Origin: an uncultured Candidatus Saccharibacteria bacterium
Lineage (GTDB): Bacteria; Patescibacteriota; Saccharimonadia; Saccharimonadales; CAYLGV01
DNA length: 64,000 bases
Direction of reading: 5' to 3'
NCBI GenBank assembly: GCA_964394925.1
Contig: CAYMZG010000006.1
Coordinates: forward strand, 16,256-80,255
The notes under the pieces are model-generated. The model saw only the letters and a program-made list of their open reading frames with translations. It was not told the DNA's origin and did no database searches. The position numbers and the translations under genes were made by a program. This document shows, piece after piece, positions 33,179 through 42,146 of this stretch; the stretch's first letter is position 1; the number at the start of each line of letters is the position of its first letter.

Positions 33179-34029
33179 ACTGCTGCGAAGCGCTGAATAA
33201 AGTCCTCTCGTTCTTCCTGAACATAGCCATATTGACGGGCAATGGCTGCCAGCCCGTGGTGCTGAAAGGGCAATGACTCAGTAAAGATAGCAATCGGTCG
33301 GTCGGCTTTGTTATGCTGTTCGATCTGCTTGAACAGCTTTCGGTACAGATCAAGCCCATCAGGTCCGCCAAAGATAGCTATAGCCGGCTCGTGTGTTGCG
33401 GCTTGGTTAATTGCATGACCATCTGGTACATAGGGCAAGTTGCAGAGCAGAACAGTTGGTTGATCTATCGAAGGGGGCAAGGGATGTATTAAATCACCTT
33501 CATGAAATATGACCTCGGTCTGTAATGACTTAGCATTTTGATGAGCAATCTTAAGTGCCGCCGAGCTCGAATCGGTTCCATGCACTTCTGTGACAGGTGC
33601 CGCCAGCGAAACACTAATTGCAATCGCTCCCGATCCGGTACCAACATCAACAACCCGCAGCTTGTTTTGGCCTGTTTTGTTGTACCAATCCAAGAACATG
33701 GTGACCAACGTTTCAGTCTCTGGGCGTGGTTCGAGTGTGTCGGGAGACACCTTGAACACATGCCCGTAAAACTCACTTTTACCCCTGATGTAAGCGAGGG
33801 GCTCATGCTTAGCACGTCGATCGATCGCAGCTTGCAGAGTTTTAATTTGTTCACCCGTAAGCCTTTGGTCTTGGTGCGCCAGTAGTTGAGTACGATCGGT
33901 GTGCAATACGTCTTCGAGCAATACCAAACAGTCCAGCCGAGCTGTGGCTATGCCAGCACTTGAGAGCAGTCGCATTGCATCCGAAATAAATGCTTGAACA
34001 TCCATATATTTAAAGTATAGCAAGCACAT
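33175..34029 (-). CDS. prmC: Release-factor glutamine N5-methyltransferase PrmC/HemK
   Basis: SAM-binding motif VDVGTGSGAIAIS and an NPPY-type motif (CNLPYV). The 3' end overlaps convergent htrA by 4 nt. Confidence 0.88.
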   Translation of the reverse strand: MCLLYFKYMDVQAFISDAMRLLSSAGIATARLDCLVLLEDVLHTDRTQLLAHQDQRLTGEQIKTLQAAIDRRAKHEPLAYIRGKSEFYGHVFKVSPDTLEPRPETETLVTMFLDWYNKTGQNKLRVVDVGTGSGAIAISVSLAAPVTEVHGTDSSSAALKIAHQNAKSLQTEVIFHEGDLIHPLPPSIDQPTVLLCNLPYVPDGHAINQAATHEPAIAIFGGPDGLDLYRKLFKQIEQHNKADRPIAIFTESLPFQHHGLAAIARQYGYVQEEREDFIQRFAAV

Positions 34030-34110
34030 AGTTGAATCTTCGAGCTTGTAATTTATTAATGCTTATGCTATAATCGGATTTAGTTAACAAAATAAAAGGT
34101 AAAAATAAAA

Positions 34111-34656
34111 ATGGCAGAAAATACACAATACAGTTTTCTACAGGGCGTTCCAGGCCTAGAGGTTACTTCAACAGTTCCCAAAGAAACAGAAGCCGAAATG
34201 AGGGCTCGCTTGTTTCAGCAAGCTGAAACGGTGTTTGAAGCTTTGAATGTTGATCAAAATGCCACCATATCGCAGGAACAGTTCGAAGACCAAAGTGTTG
34301 AAGACAGCGAAAAAACTGATGAAATACGAATTTCTGAGATGGTTCCGCCGCCCGTGCGCATGTCACTACATGATGTCCCTGGCGGTGTAGATGTGACAGT
34401 CGTGAAACAAGTCGCCGAGGAAAATCCCAAATCCGAAGAAATTGATTGGAATAGTGATCTTAACTATGTCGTTCGGGTTACTGCACAGGATGGTGATACT
34501 CACGACGTTGCAATTATAAGCCAAGCTAATCTTGAGGTGGGGCTGTCTAAAGCGACAGAACATGATCCATCAGAGCTCGAAAGAAAAGCCACCGAACTCG
34601 AAGCATTCCTTCAGGAAGTCGCTGCCCAAAAGCAGAGCGAAGCGCCAACGGCGTAA
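34111..34656 (+). CDS. Acidic hypothetical protein (181 aa)
   Basis: ORF with TATAAT and an AAAGG SD-like element upstream. The product is Glu/Asp-rich and has no recognisable motif. Confidence 0.5.
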   Translation: MAENTQYSFLQGVPGLEVTSTVPKETEAEMRARLFQQAETVFEALNVDQNATISQEQFEDQSVEDSEKTDEIRISEMVPPPVRMSLHDVPGGVDVTVVKQVAEENPKSEEIDWNSDLNYVVRVTAQDGDTHDVAIISQANLEVGLSKATEHDPSELERKATELEAFLQEVAAQKQSEAPTA

Positions 34657-34689
34657 ACTCTCCCCATATCAACATGTTGGTTAGAGTGG

Positions 34690-35193
34690 TCACTGAAGTT
34701 GACGAAGCATATAATCAACAACCTCGGAAATTGGTTTATTTGCGTCGACAACTTTATGGCCCATCTTCACAGCCTTAGCTAGGTGTTCGCGTTGATTATC
34801 TATGACTTGTTGGTGCATCCTTGGGTCTTTTGCATAATCATTATCTTCCCGATTCAAGATTCGTTGAATTTGTACAGTAGGCTCAACATCAAGCACAAAG
34901 TGCGCATCAAATAGGTCATCAAATGATAGGTCATTATGAGCGCCACCACAGATGAATATATCCTCGTGTTGCTTTATGAGATTCTGAAGTACGTGTTTGT
35001 CCCAGAGCCAATCATACTCACTTAGATCTATATATGAATTGTCGGCAAAGTGTTTCTTATTACCGTTACTGTCTGTCCAGGCAGATAGCCCAGGCACATC
35101 ATCACTATCGAAGGCGGTATACCCACGTCTGTTTAGCTCTTTACTCACCGTAGTTTTGCCGGAACCAACACGGCCAGTAACCAAGACTCGCAT
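34690..35193 (-). CDS. Small P-loop NTPase / nucleoside(-tide) kinase-like protein
   Basis: Walker A motif occurs at residue 7 (VTGRVGSGKTTV). At 167 aa it is the size of a small kinase. Its ATG lies 2 nt after the prfA stop. Confidence 0.7.
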   Translation of the reverse strand: MRVLVTGRVGSGKTTVSKELNRRGYTAFDSDDVPGLSAWTDSNGNKKHFADNSYIDLSEYDWLWDKHVLQNLIKQHEDIFICGGAHNDLSFDDLFDAHFVLDVEPTVQIQRILNREDNDYAKDPRMHQQVIDNQREHLAKAVKMGHKVVDANKPISEVVDYMLRQLQ

Positions 35194-35195
35194 AT

Positions 35196-36272
35196 TTATT
35201 CCTGGCTCAGTAACTCATGTTCAGCTGCGTGCAAATGCTCGATAATATCGTCGATGTCACCACTCAAAGCGCCAGGAATGTTGCTACGACTGTAACCAAT
35301 GCGGTGGTCGGTAATGCGATCTTGAGGGAAGTTGTAGGTTCGGATCTTCTCGGAACGGTCGCCTGAGCCAATGAGTTTTTTGCGCGCGTCCGACAACTCT
35401 TTCTGCTCTTCTTCGATCTTGATTTGCAGTAATCGGGAGCGGAGAACGCTCAGCGCCTTGGCCTTATTTTTGATCTGTGACTTTTCGTCTTGGTTGGCCA
35501 CTACGAGGCCGGTTGGCAGGTGAGTAATGCGCACTGCCGAGTCGGTGGTATTAACTGACTGGCCGCCGTGGCCACCTGAGCGGAACACATCTACGCGCAA
35601 GTCTGATTCTTTAATCTCAATGTCGGTTTCCTCGGCTTCGGGCATGATAGCAACCGTAACGGTTGACGTGTGGATGCGGCCCTGTGATTCGGTAACAGGC
35701 ACACGTTGCACACGGTGCACACCGGCCTCAAACTTTAAGTACTTATAAGCATCTACGCCATGGACTGCAAAAATAACCTCTTTAAAACCGCCAGCCTCAG
35801 AAGGGCTTTCGCTCATCAGTTCAGCTTTGTAACTATGCGTCTCACACCAACGGATATACATGCGGTACAGCTCACCGGCAAACAAACTGGCCTCGTCACC
35901 ACCGGCAGCCGCGCGGATTTCTATAATAACGTCTTTTTCGTCGTTGGGATCTTTTGGCGTGAGGGCGAGGGTGAGAGCCTGCTCGGCGGCGAGCTTTTGG
36001 GCGCCAAGTTCACTGAGCTCTTCCTTGGCCATATCACCGAGTTCACCTCCGGCTTCTACCAGCTCTAGGGCTTCTTTTTCTTGCTGCTTGATTCTGGCCA
36101 GGTTATCGAATAAACCAACGACTTCCTCAACTTCTTTGAGCCGCTTTGCAAGTTTCGGGTACGCGGGATCACTAAAGATAGCCGGGTCTTGCAGCTTAGC
36201 TTGCTGCTCGGCGAGTTCATCTCGATAGGCTTGTTCTTTGGCTTCCATTTGTGGTCCTAAATGATTCAACAA
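35196..36272 (-). CDS. prfA: Peptide chain release factor 1
   Basis: GGQ motif ([24 protein letters not shown]) and the RF1-type PxT tripeptide ([14 protein letters not shown]). Confidence 0.95.
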   Translation of the reverse strand: MLNHLGPQMEAKEQAYRDELAEQQAKLQDPAIFSDPAYPKLAKRLKEVEEVVGLFDNLARIKQQEKEALELVEAGGELGDMAKEELSELGAQKLAAEQALTLALTPKDPNDEKDVIIEIRAAAGGDEASLFAGELYRMYIRWCETHSYKAELMSESPSEAGGFKEVIFAVHGVDAYKYLKFEAGVHRVQRVPVTESQGRIHTSTVTVAIMPEAEETDIEIKESDLRVDVFRSGGHGGQSVNTTDSAVRITHLPTGLVVANQDEKSQIKNKAKALSVLRSRLLQIKIEEEQKELSDARKKLIGSGDRSEKIRTYNFPQDRITDHRIGYSRSNIPGALSGDIDDIIEHLHAAEHELLSQE

Positions 36273-36300
36273 AGTGTTTCAATAAAAAGTATAACGTAAT

Positions 36301-36332
36301 AAAAATCTCCGGCCAGGTTATTGACCGGAGAT
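36301..36332 (-). terminator. Intrinsic terminator after rpmE
   Basis: On the minus strand, the stem is atctccgg / ccggagat (36325-36332 pairs with 36305-36312) with a 12-nt loop, followed by TTTTT. It lies 18 nt downstream of the rpmE stop. The T-run leads into a TATACT -10 candidate for prfA. Confidence 0.6.
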
Positions 36333-36349
36333 TGTACTGGCTAACTGAG

Positions 36350-36691
36350 CTAACGGCCCATTTTTTGGACGTCAGCAGCGTCGGCAGGTTTCTTGGAGCC
36401 CGCGCTCTTCTTTTGAGCAGCCTTCTTTTGCGCTTCGGCACGAGCCTTGGCAGCTTCTTGTCTAGCCTTAAACTTGTCAACGCGACCTTCGATGTCGATC
36501 ATCTTCTCTTGACCCGTAAAGAAGGGGTGAGAAGCTGATGAAATATGTACTTTTACGAGAGGATACTCTTTACCATCAAGTTTGATGGTTTCTTCGGTAG
36601 CAACGGTTGAACGTGTCAAAAACGTGGTGCCGTTGTTGAGATCCTGGAAAACTACTGGGCGGTAGGTGCTAGGATGCAAATCTTTCTTCAT
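36350..36691 (-). CDS. rpmE: Ribosomal protein L31, Cys-less type B, with Lys/Ala-rich C-terminal extension
   Basis: [17 protein letters not shown]...[15 protein letters not shown] matches L31. There is no CxxC zinc motif. The extra tail reads [30 protein letters not shown] is AAAGGAA. Confidence 0.9.
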   Translation of the reverse strand: MKKDLHPSTYRPVVFQDLNNGTTFLTRSTVATEETIKLDGKEYPLVKVHISSASHPFFTGQEKMIDIEGRVDKFKARQEAAKARAEAQKKAAQKKSAGSKKPADAADVQKMGR

Positions 36692-37050
36692 TGATAATTC
36701 CTTTGGCTGCCTTAGTGATTGAAGCTGGTTAGCAGCGAGCCATACTGCAGTCAGCTTTATATAACCGAGTCAGTATACACCTCTGTTACACTTCGGTCAA
36801 GACTCCTGTGTTGCTCTTTTTGGGCTTGCGATATTGGCTGCGTTGATGCCTTACATCGCTTCAGTAGCTCTACGCACCCTAAAAGAGGCTCGGTCAATTT
36901 GTTATAACGTTGTGCACACGGAGTTATAACGGCGTGCGTACGGCATACACATTTTTTCACACCTTCCAAAATGAACTATCCAAGACCTCGACTCGTCACA
37001 TTACAATAAGCCAAGTTAAAAAAACCAAGCTGACAAAACCGACAACCAGC

Positions 37051-37079
37051 TTGCAACAGGGAAGCTCATCTGTTAGAAT
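37051..37079 (+). promoter_or_regulatory. Sigma70-like promoter of the rpsB-tsf operon
   Basis: TTGCAA (37051-37056), a 17-nt spacer, then TAGAAT (37074-37079). The predicted leader is ~105 nt and contains a hairpin (37118-37125 pairs with 37141-37148). SD AAAGGA precedes ATG 37192. Confidence 0.6.
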
Positions 37080-37191
37080 CATCGAGTAACAATTAATGCA
37101 GTCTCGGGACAGATTCTCCTTGGCTTCACCCGTGCAGGGCAGCTAAGGCTCCGATGACAAAGATGAAGAATCGAAAGAAAGGACATGCAGC

Positions 37192-37932
37192 ATGGCTGTA
37201 GATGTAGATATTAAAAAACTATTAGAGGCTGGTGCCCACTTTGGTCACAAGACTAGTCGCTGGCACCCCAAGATGGCGCAGTTTATTCATAGTAAGCGTA
37301 ACGGCACGCACATTATTGACCTTACTAAAACGGTCGAACAGCTCGAAGTAGCTCTGAAGTTCCTCGAGGACACTGCTGCAGAAGGCAAGCAAGTGCTCAT
37401 GGTTGGTACCAAGCGCCAGGCGCACGACATTGTAAAGAACTTGGCTGAAAAGACCGGCCAGCCATACGTTGTAGAGCGTTGGTTGGGTGGCATGATGACC
37501 AACCGTAACACTATTGGCGGTCGCGTTAAGTACCTCAAAGACCTCGAAGGCAAGATGGAATCTGGCGCCTTGGCTGCCAAGTACAACAAGCTCGAAGTAC
37601 AGCGCTACCAAGAAGAAATCGACGAGATGAACCACCTGTACGGTGGTATCAAAAACCTGGCTGCTCGCCCTGGTGCAGTTTTTGTAACAGACATCATCCA
37701 TGACATCAACGCTGTTCGCGAAGCTAATAAGCTCAATATTCCTGTTGTGGCCATCGTTGATACCAACACTGATCCAACACAGGTTACCTATCCCGTGCCT
37801 GCCAACGACGACGCCATCAAGACTATCCAGCTGATTGCTGATTACGTTGAAATGGCAGTAGAGGCCGGCAAGGCAAAATACGCCAAGAAGGCCGAAAAGA
37901 CCGCCCCAACACCCGACAAAGACGAACAATAA
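37192..37932 (+). CDS. rpsB: Ribosomal protein S2
   Basis: LLEAGAHFGHKTSRWHPKM and the rest of the sequence match S2 over its full length. Confidence 0.96.
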   Translation: MAVDVDIKKLLEAGAHFGHKTSRWHPKMAQFIHSKRNGTHIIDLTKTVEQLEVALKFLEDTAAEGKQVLMVGTKRQAHDIVKNLAEKTGQPYVVERWLGGMMTNRNTIGGRVKYLKDLEGKMESGALAAKYNKLEVQRYQEEIDEMNHLYGGIKNLAARPGAVFVTDIIHDINAVREANKLNIPVVAIVDTNTDPTQVTYPVPANDDAIKTIQLIADYVEMAVEAGKAKYAKKAEKTAPTPDKDEQ

Positions 37933-37944
37933 GGAGAAAAACTG

Positions 37945-38544
37945 ATGGCAGATATTTCAATTGAAGATATTAAGCGTTTGAAGGACTTGAGCGGTGCTGG
38001 CTTGACCGACGCCAAGAACGCCCTTGTAGAAGCCAAGGGTGACTTCGACAAAGCACTTGAAGCGATGCGTAAGAAGGGGCTGACCAAGGCTGAAAAGCGC
38101 GGTGAGCGTGAAGCTCGCGAAGGCATTGTAGGCAACTACAACCACGACAATCGTATTGGTGTGCTTGTAGAGGTTAACTGTGAAACTGAATTCGTTGCTA
38201 AGACCGACGAGTTCCAGGGTCTTGTTAAAGACATTGCGATGCACATTGCTGCTACCAGCCCCGAGTTTGTTGCAGCAGAGAACATTCCTGCTGAAGTTCG
38301 TGAGGCTAAGAAGGCAGAGTTTGTCGAGAAGGCCAAGGCCGACGGCAAGCCAGAAAAGATGATCGACAATATTGCCGAAGGTATGTTGAACAAATATTTT
38401 GCCGAACTATGTTTAATGGATCAGCCATTTGTTAAGAATCCTGACCAAACTGTATCTGATTACGTTAAAGTACACATCGCTAAACTTGGCGAAAACATCG
38501 TTGTGCGCCGCTTTACGCGCATGGCATTAGGCGAAGTCGAGTAA
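37945..38544 (+). CDS. tsf: Elongation factor Ts (short, 199 aa)
   Basis: IKRLKDLSGAGLTDAKNALVEAKGDFDKALEAMRKKG is the UBA-like N-terminus of EF-Ts. SD is AAGGAG. Confidence 0.93.
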   Translation: MADISIEDIKRLKDLSGAGLTDAKNALVEAKGDFDKALEAMRKKGLTKAEKRGEREAREGIVGNYNHDNRIGVLVEVNCETEFVAKTDEFQGLVKDIAMHIAATSPEFVAAENIPAEVREAKKAEFVEKAKADGKPEKMIDNIAEGMLNKYFAELCLMDQPFVKNPDQTVSDYVKVHIAKLGENIVVRRFTRMALGEVE

Positions 38545-38552
38545 TTTCTAAT

Positions 38553-38834
38553 ATGCCAGTAAAACAAGAGTGTGGGCCTCAGTTTTGTGATGCTTGCGAA
38601 GTTCCAACGGTATGCAGTAATCCAGCAGTTCTCATAACCGCGCGGGTTGCGATTCGGAGTATGCTAAAAGGGCATCTCGATGTCGGTGACCAGCTCTATG
38701 ATTCTGGTTTTGACAACGAACAAGTTGTTGAAATTTTCAGGTGCCTTAGTAGAAATAGACAGGGGCTATGTGCTGGTTTGATCGATCCCGAACAGTCTAA
38801 AAGCAAACAGCCGCCCCACCTCGAAACGTGCTAA
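38553..38834 (+). CDS. Hypothetical Cys-containing small protein (93 aa) at the position normally occupied by pyrH
   Basis: ORF starts 8 nt after the tsf stop, with no SD and no recognisable motif. It has seven Cys residues, including a CGPQFCDAC cluster. Confidence 0.35.
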   Translation: MPVKQECGPQFCDACEVPTVCSNPAVLITARVAIRSMLKGHLDVGDQLYDSGFDNEQVVEIFRCLSRNRQGLCAGLIDPEQSKSKQPPHLETC

Positions 38835-38860
38835 AATAGTGACATATAACAGGAGTAATC

Positions 38861-39424
38861 ATGAGTCCTCAGCAAGTTGTTTCAGAAGCCAGCAGTAAAT
38901 TCCAAGGTGCGGTTGCCCATTTTGAAGAAGAACTCAAAAAAGTTCGCACCGGTCGTGCACACCCGAGCATGCTCGACGGCCTAACCGTTGAAGCCTATGG
39001 TCAGCCCATGCCGCTCATTCAGCTTGCCCAGGTGTCAGCCCCTGAGGCACAACTTTTACAGATCACTCCTTTTGATCCAACCAATCTGCAAGCGATTGCG
39101 AACGCTATTCGTAACAATCCAAGCCTGGGCATGAACCCCATGGACGATGGACGTGTGGTTCGTGTGCCCATTCCACCACTCAACGAAGAGCGCCGCAGGG
39201 AATACGTAAAAGTAGTGAGTGGCAAGGTAGAAGATGCTATGATTTCGCTCCGAAATGTTCGTCACGATGCTATGGATACTATTGGTGAGGCCAAGAAAGA
39301 CAAAGACATTGGCGAAGACGATGCCAAACGGCTCGAGAAGCAAGTTGACGAGGCTATGAATAAGGCCAAGACCGAGATCGAGGCAGCTGCCAAGGTAAAA
39401 GAACGAGAAATCATGACCGTTTAG
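38861..39424 (+). CDS. frr: Ribosome recycling factor
   Basis: Full-length RRF (187 aa): LKKVRTGRAHPSMLDGLTVEAYG...PIPPLNEERRREYVK. SD is AGGAG. Confidence 0.95.
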   Translation: MSPQQVVSEASSKFQGAVAHFEEELKKVRTGRAHPSMLDGLTVEAYGQPMPLIQLAQVSAPEAQLLQITPFDPTNLQAIANAIRNNPSLGMNPMDDGRVVRVPIPPLNEERRREYVKVVSGKVEDAMISLRNVRHDAMDTIGEAKKDKDIGEDDAKRLEKQVDEAMNKAKTEIEAAAKVKEREIMTV

Positions 39425-39437
39425 GCGACGGGTCCGC

Positions 39438-39443
39438 TATAAT
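39438..39443 (+). promoter_or_regulatory. -10 box (TATAAT) 8 nt upstream of uppS ATG; leaderless-type arrangement
   Basis: Sequence cgcTATAATaacttcacATG, with no SD. Confidence 0.45.
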
Positions 39444-39451
39444 AACTTCAC

Positions 39452-40135
39452 ATGTCTGATGCATCTTTACCCCAACACGTGGGCCTCATCCTCGATGGTA
39501 ATCGACGTTGGGCTAAACAACAGGGGCTCCCAACGCTAGAGGGTCATCGCCGAGGTTCAACGGTCTTTAAAGATATTGCTTTTCATGCCTTTGAGCGCGG
39601 TGTTCAAAACGTGTCAGCCTACGTGTTTTCGCAAGAAAATTGGGAGCGCACTGAAGAAGAGGTGGGCTATCTCATGCAGCTGGTTTTAAAGGCAGTTGAA
39701 CAATACCTTGATGAATTTCAGGAGCGAGGGATTCGGCTCGTTATTTTAGGGCGACGCGATGGCTTGCGCAGTAAGGTGATTAGCGCCATCAAGCGAGCCG
39801 AAGAAAAGACCAAAGACAACACCAACGGCACGCTGGCGCTGTGCTTTAACTACGGCGGTCAGCAAGAGATCGTTGATGCTGCCCAGGCAGTCATTGAAAA
39901 CGGCCAAGAACTGACAACACAAAGTCTTAGTTCAGCGTTATATCAGCCGCAGGTGCCAAACTTGGATCTTGTAATACGAACATCAGGGGAGCAACGCTTG
40001 AGTGGCTTTATGCTATGGCGCGCAGCCTATGCAGAACTCTATTTTTCAGACAAAATGTGGCCCGCCTTCACGGCAGCTGATTTTGACCAAGCCCTACAAG
40101 CCTATGCTGACCGGGAACGGAGATTCGGGGTTTAA
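39452..40135 (+). CDS. uppS: Undecaprenyl (isoprenyl) diphosphate synthase
   Basis: HVGLILDGNRRWAKQQGL and IRTSGEQRLSGFMLWRAAYAELYF are cis-prenyltransferase signatures. Confidence 0.93.
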   Translation: MSDASLPQHVGLILDGNRRWAKQQGLPTLEGHRRGSTVFKDIAFHAFERGVQNVSAYVFSQENWERTEEEVGYLMQLVLKAVEQYLDEFQERGIRLVILGRRDGLRSKVISAIKRAEEKTKDNTNGTLALCFNYGGQQEIVDAAQAVIENGQELTTQSLSSALYQPQVPNLDLVIRTSGEQRLSGFMLWRAAYAELYFSDKMWPAFTAADFDQALQAYADRERRFGV

Positions 40136-41316
40136 TGGCAATTATTCTATTAATCGGTGGGCTGCTGTTATTTATTGGCTTGGTTGTCGCACATGAGTTT
40201 GGCCACTTTATTATGGCTAAGCGTGGTGGCGTTACGGTAGAAGAGTTTGGGATCGGTTTTCCACCGCGTTTATGGGGCAGGAAGACCAAAGGCAACTGGG
40301 ACTTTACCCTTAATGCCTTACCGTTAGGCGGTTTCGTACGACTAAAGGGAGAGAATGACGCCGATACCTCAAAAGGCAGTTTTGGCGCGGCACCACTTAG
40401 TACCAAGGTAAAAATTATGGTGGCAGGTGTTGCCATGAACCTATTTATTGCCTATATCTTGCTGGTTGTGGTGAACATTATGGGCACACCACTCCTAGTG
40501 TGTGGGCAATACACTGTTCCGTCAGATACGCATGTACTTCGTGATAGTCGTGCACTGCGGGTTGACCAAGTTGAAGCTGGCTCACCAGCTCAGCAGGCCG
40601 GCCTGCAAAAGGGTGACAATATTCTAAAAACAGGCAGCTCAGAGCAGTCGTTAACTCGGGTAAGTACTGCATGTCCGTTCTCAAATATCACACATGCTAA
40701 CGCCGGTAAGCCACTCACAATGCAATATGAACGCGATGGCAAACTATACACCACGACTGCGCGAATACTCTCGAGTGAAGAGGTGCAGGCTAACGCTGCC
40801 AAGGGTAAGAATACGGGATACCTTGGAGTCGTGCCTGAGTCGAGTGGTTACGTAGTGGTTCGCAGTACATGGAGTGCGCCAATTGCGGCTGCTGTTCAGA
40901 TAAAGCAATTTACGGTACTAACACTAAAAGGCCTAGGTTCGATTTTAGCTGGAATTGGCAAGGCTTTTATTGGGCTCGTGAGTGGTAATACCACTGAGCG
41001 CAAAGCGGGCCAAGCGCAGACAACCGAACAAGTGAGCGGCCCAATTGGGGTGTTCTACATCCTCAAGGCCGGTGCTCATGAGGGCGTGGCCATGACTCTG
41101 TTTATTGTGGCAATTATTTCGCTGACCTTGGCAATTATGAACATTCTGCCAATTCCAGCTCTCGATGGTGGACGGCTCTTTGTGACGCTACTGTATCGTG
41201 GCATGAAGAAGCCTCTCACTAAAAAAACCGAAGATCGAATACATGGCACCGGCTTCGCCGTTCTTCTATTACTTATGGTTCTTATTTCAATTGTTGATAT
41301 AAAAAGGTTCTTTTAA
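40135..41316 (+). CDS. rseP: Site-2 (M50) zinc metalloprotease RseP-like with PDZ domain
   Basis: HEFGHF zinc motif in TM1, a PDZ-like segment (GSPAQQAGLQKGDNILK), and NILPIPALDGG. A TAATG overlap links it to uppS. Confidence 0.9.
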   Translation: MAIILLIGGLLLFIGLVVAHEFGHFIMAKRGGVTVEEFGIGFPPRLWGRKTKGNWDFTLNALPLGGFVRLKGENDADTSKGSFGAAPLSTKVKIMVAGVAMNLFIAYILLVVVNIMGTPLLVCGQYTVPSDTHVLRDSRALRVDQVEAGSPAQQAGLQKGDNILKTGSSEQSLTRVSTACPFSNITHANAGKPLTMQYERDGKLYTTTARILSSEEVQANAAKGKNTGYLGVVPESSGYVVVRSTWSAPIAAAVQIKQFTVLTLKGLGSILAGIGKAFIGLVSGNTTERKAGQAQTTEQVSGPIGVFYILKAGAHEGVAMTLFIVAIISLTLAIMNILPIPALDGGRLFVTLLYRGMKKPLTKKTEDRIHGTGFAVLLLLMVLISIVDIKRFF

Positions 41317-42137
41317 TGTCATCCGACAACGCGCCAACGAAGTCTGAGCAAAACGTACCGACTCATACGGCAGGGCAGCAACCGAAGACCAAGCCCGAGG
41401 GCATGTATGGACCATGGAAAACAATTCTTATTACGCTGTTTGTGTATTTCTCGGCGCAAATCTTGGCCGGTTTAGTAATCTATGCCATCCCATCGCTTAA
41501 TCATTGGGCCAAAGCTCGCGAAGACACCTGGCTGCAAAACCCTTGGGTTACCTTCGGCTACATTTCCCTGGCAGAGGCACTAACACTCGGTATTCTTTAT
41601 AAGTTCATGAAAGTGCGAAAGGTAACCTTCAAGAGCCTTGGTCTCAATAAGCCCAAATGGGCGTTCATTAGTTACACACTGGGTGCTTACGCCCTTTACT
41701 TCATAATCTATATTGCTTCGATCATGATTGCTAAAGCGGTCATTCCTGGTCTTAACCTCGACCAAAAGCAGGAGCTCGGCTTTAGCAACTCTACCTCTGG
41801 TATTAGTTTATTGCCAGTGTTTATCAGCCTGGTTATTCTGCCACCAATCACGGAGGAGATCGTGGTGCGCGGCTTCTTGTTCAAAGGGCTTCGAACTAAA
41901 TTTGTGTTCTTACCAGCAGCAATTATTACCAGTTTGTTATTTGCCATGGCTCACCTCGGTGAAGGTGGCGGTGGCGGGCTACTTTGGGTGGCCGGCATCG
42001 ACACCTTCATCTTGTCGATCGTACTGTGTTTCTTGCGTGAAAAAACCGGTAGCCTGTGGCCCGGTATAGGTGTGCATATGATCAAAAACGGCGTGGCCTT
42101 CGTGGTTCTGTATAACATCTTTAGCTACATCAGGTAG
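41316..42137 (+). CDS. CPBP-family intramembrane glutamic endopeptidase (CAAX protease-like)
   Basis: Polytopic membrane protein with the motifs EEIVVRGFLF and FAMAHL. A TAATG overlap links it to rseP. Confidence 0.85.
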   Translation: MSSDNAPTKSEQNVPTHTAGQQPKTKPEGMYGPWKTILITLFVYFSAQILAGLVIYAIPSLNHWAKAREDTWLQNPWVTFGYISLAEALTLGILYKFMKVRKVTFKSLGLNKPKWAFISYTLGAYALYFIIYIASIMIAKAVIPGLNLDQKQELGFSNSTSGISLLPVFISLVILPPITEEIVVRGFLFKGLRTKFVFLPAAIITSLLFAMAHLGEGGGGGLLWVAGIDTFILSIVLCFLREKTGSLWPGIGVHMIKNGVAFVVLYNIFSYIR

Positions 42138-42140
42138 AAT
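42135..42140 (+). promoter_or_regulatory. -10 box (TAGAAT) 6 nt upstream of proS ATG; leaderless-type arrangement
   Basis: Sequence ggTAGAATacaggcATG. The box overlaps the stop codon of the upstream CDS. Confidence 0.4.
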
Positions 42141-42146
42141 ACAGGC

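Noticed and set aside
36757-36969. A 70-aa Cys-containing minus-strand ORF (and the 62-aa plus-strand ORF at 36719-36907) in the rpmE-rpsB gap as real small-protein genes.
   Set aside because: - There is no convincing SD or leaderless promoter geometry, and the start codon would be TTG or GTG.
- The two ORFs overlap each other, and there is no motif.
- I mention them only as part of the unexplained intergenic region.
37222-37929. A 235-aa minus-strand ORF antisense to rpsB. Similar antisense ORFs lie in prfA, proS, tsf and the ABC genes.
   Set aside because: They lie fully inside highly conserved housekeeping genes on the opposite strand and have no independent signals.
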